Shown here piece by piece: positions 63,284 to 64,000 of a stretch of 64,000 bases of DNA. A program made the translations under genes and the position numbers. The first letter of the stretch is position 1; each line of letters starts with the position of its first letter. Source of the stretch: Eubacteriales bacterium. Its GTDB lineage: Bacteria; Bacillota; Clostridia; Oscillospirales; QAKW01. The DNA lies in the NCBI GenBank assembly GCA_045541555.1, contig JAZQJH010000005.1, positions 752 to 64,751 on the forward strand. Direction: 5' to 3'. The notes under the pieces are model-generated. The model was not told where the DNA came from, searched no databases, and saw only the letters and a program-made list of their open reading frames with translations.

Positions 63284-64000
63284 AAGTAATGGTCACAGGC
63301 GGTGCCGGCTATATCGGCTCCCATACGGTGGTAGAGCTTTTGACCGCCGGTCATGAAGTGGTGGTTTTTGATAACTTTTATAATAGTAAGCCCAAGTCTT
63401 TGGAGCGTGTCCGTACCATTACCGGTAAGGATTTCAAATTCTATGAGGCAGATATGCTGGATGCAGAGGCGATGGATCGGATCTTTGGTGCGGAAAAGCC
63501 GGATGCGGTCATCCATTTCGCCGGCTTAAAGGCGGTAGGCGAAAGCTGCGAGAAGCCCTGGCTGTACTACAATAATAATATTGTTGGTACGTTGAATATT
63601 TTGGCTGCCATGAAGAAGCACGGCGTCCATCGCTTGGTCTTTTCCTCTTCGGCTACGGTATACGGCGAGGCCGAGGTCGTCCCCGTTCGGGAGGATTTCC
63701 CCACCGGCGCTACCAATCCTTACGGGCAGACCAAGCTGATGCAGGAGATCATGCTGACCGATATGACCAAGGCGGATCCCTCCATGACGGTCACCCTTTT
63801 GCGGTACTTCAATCCCGTGGGCGCCCATGAGAGCGGTCTGATCGGCGAAGATCCCCAGGGGATCCCCAATAATCTGATGCCCTATATTTCCCAGGTTGCC
63901 ATTGGCAAGCGGGAGTGCCTCTCCGTATTTGGTGACGATTATAATACCCCCGACGGCACCGGCGTCCGGGACTACATCCACGTGGTGGATCTGGCGAAAG
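63280..64000 (+). CDS. galE: UDP-glucose 4-epimerase, N-terminal part (3' end outside window)
   Basis: [28 protein letters not shown] and RYFNPVGAH. The start overlaps the upstream stop. It is absent from the ORF track because no stop falls within the window. Confidence 0.9.
   Translation, partial: MKVMVTGGAGYIGSHTVVELLTAGHEVVVFDNFYNSKPKSLERVRTITGKDFKFYEADMLDAEAMDRIFGAEKPDAVIHFAGLKAVGESCEKPWLYYNNNIVGTLNILAAMKKHGVHRLVFSSSATVYGEAEVVPVREDFPTGATNPYGQTKLMQEIMLTDMTKADPSMTVTLLRYFNPVGAHESGLIGEDPQGIPNNLMPYISQVAIGKRECLSVFGDDYNTPDGTGVRDYIHVVDLAK

Noticed and set aside
1-64000. A scan for CRISPR arrays, rRNA genes and additional tRNAs.
   Set aside because: I saw no regularly spaced 25-40-bp direct repeats, no rRNA-like conserved blocks, and no cloverleaf candidate other than tRNA-Val at 13708-13784.

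Overview
This 64-kb window comes from a moderately GC-rich, spore-forming Clostridia-type chromosome. Markers are spo0A, a SpoVB-like flippase, a PdaA-like deacetylase, sigma-70 TTGACA/TATAAT promoters, GGAGG ribosome-binding sites, T-box leaders and an L-box leader. Most genes are housekeeping or transport: metF / B12-activation domain / metH, glpP, a beta-CASP RNase, CapA, an amino-acid ABC importer, five ABC exporter genes, PiT, MATE, an ArsB/NhaD permease, typA and galE. Four things stand out. (1) A ~14-kb co-directional minus-strand cluster (34.0-48.0 kb) is gated by three in-series T-box leaders. I read their specifiers as Leu (CUC), Ile (AUC) and Val (GUA). They control three unusual fusion acyl-CoA ligases, a catalytically degenerate isopropylmalate-synthase-like protein, IlvE, a P-loop ATPase and a four-subunit 2-oxoacid:ferredoxin oxidoreductase. 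I interpret this as a candidate uncharged-tRNA-gated salvage route from branched-chain fatty acids to branched-chain amino acids (reductive carboxylation). (2) A ~9.9-kb AT-rich element is integrated in the 3' end of tRNA-Val(GAC), bounded by 21-bp direct repeats at 13766 and 23692. It carries an integrase, a CI/Cro-type switch with palindromic operators, an HUH Rep-like protein, and scaffold-like and putative major-capsid genes. It has no portal, terminase, tail or lysis genes, so it looks like a phage satellite. (3) A ~160-nt structured intergenic element occurs three times (490, 33811, 41045) with compensatory base changes in two stems. (4) A lysine riboswitch precedes an NhaC-family transporter. 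No rRNA genes or CRISPR arrays were seen. All homology calls come from reading motifs by eye and no searches were run.
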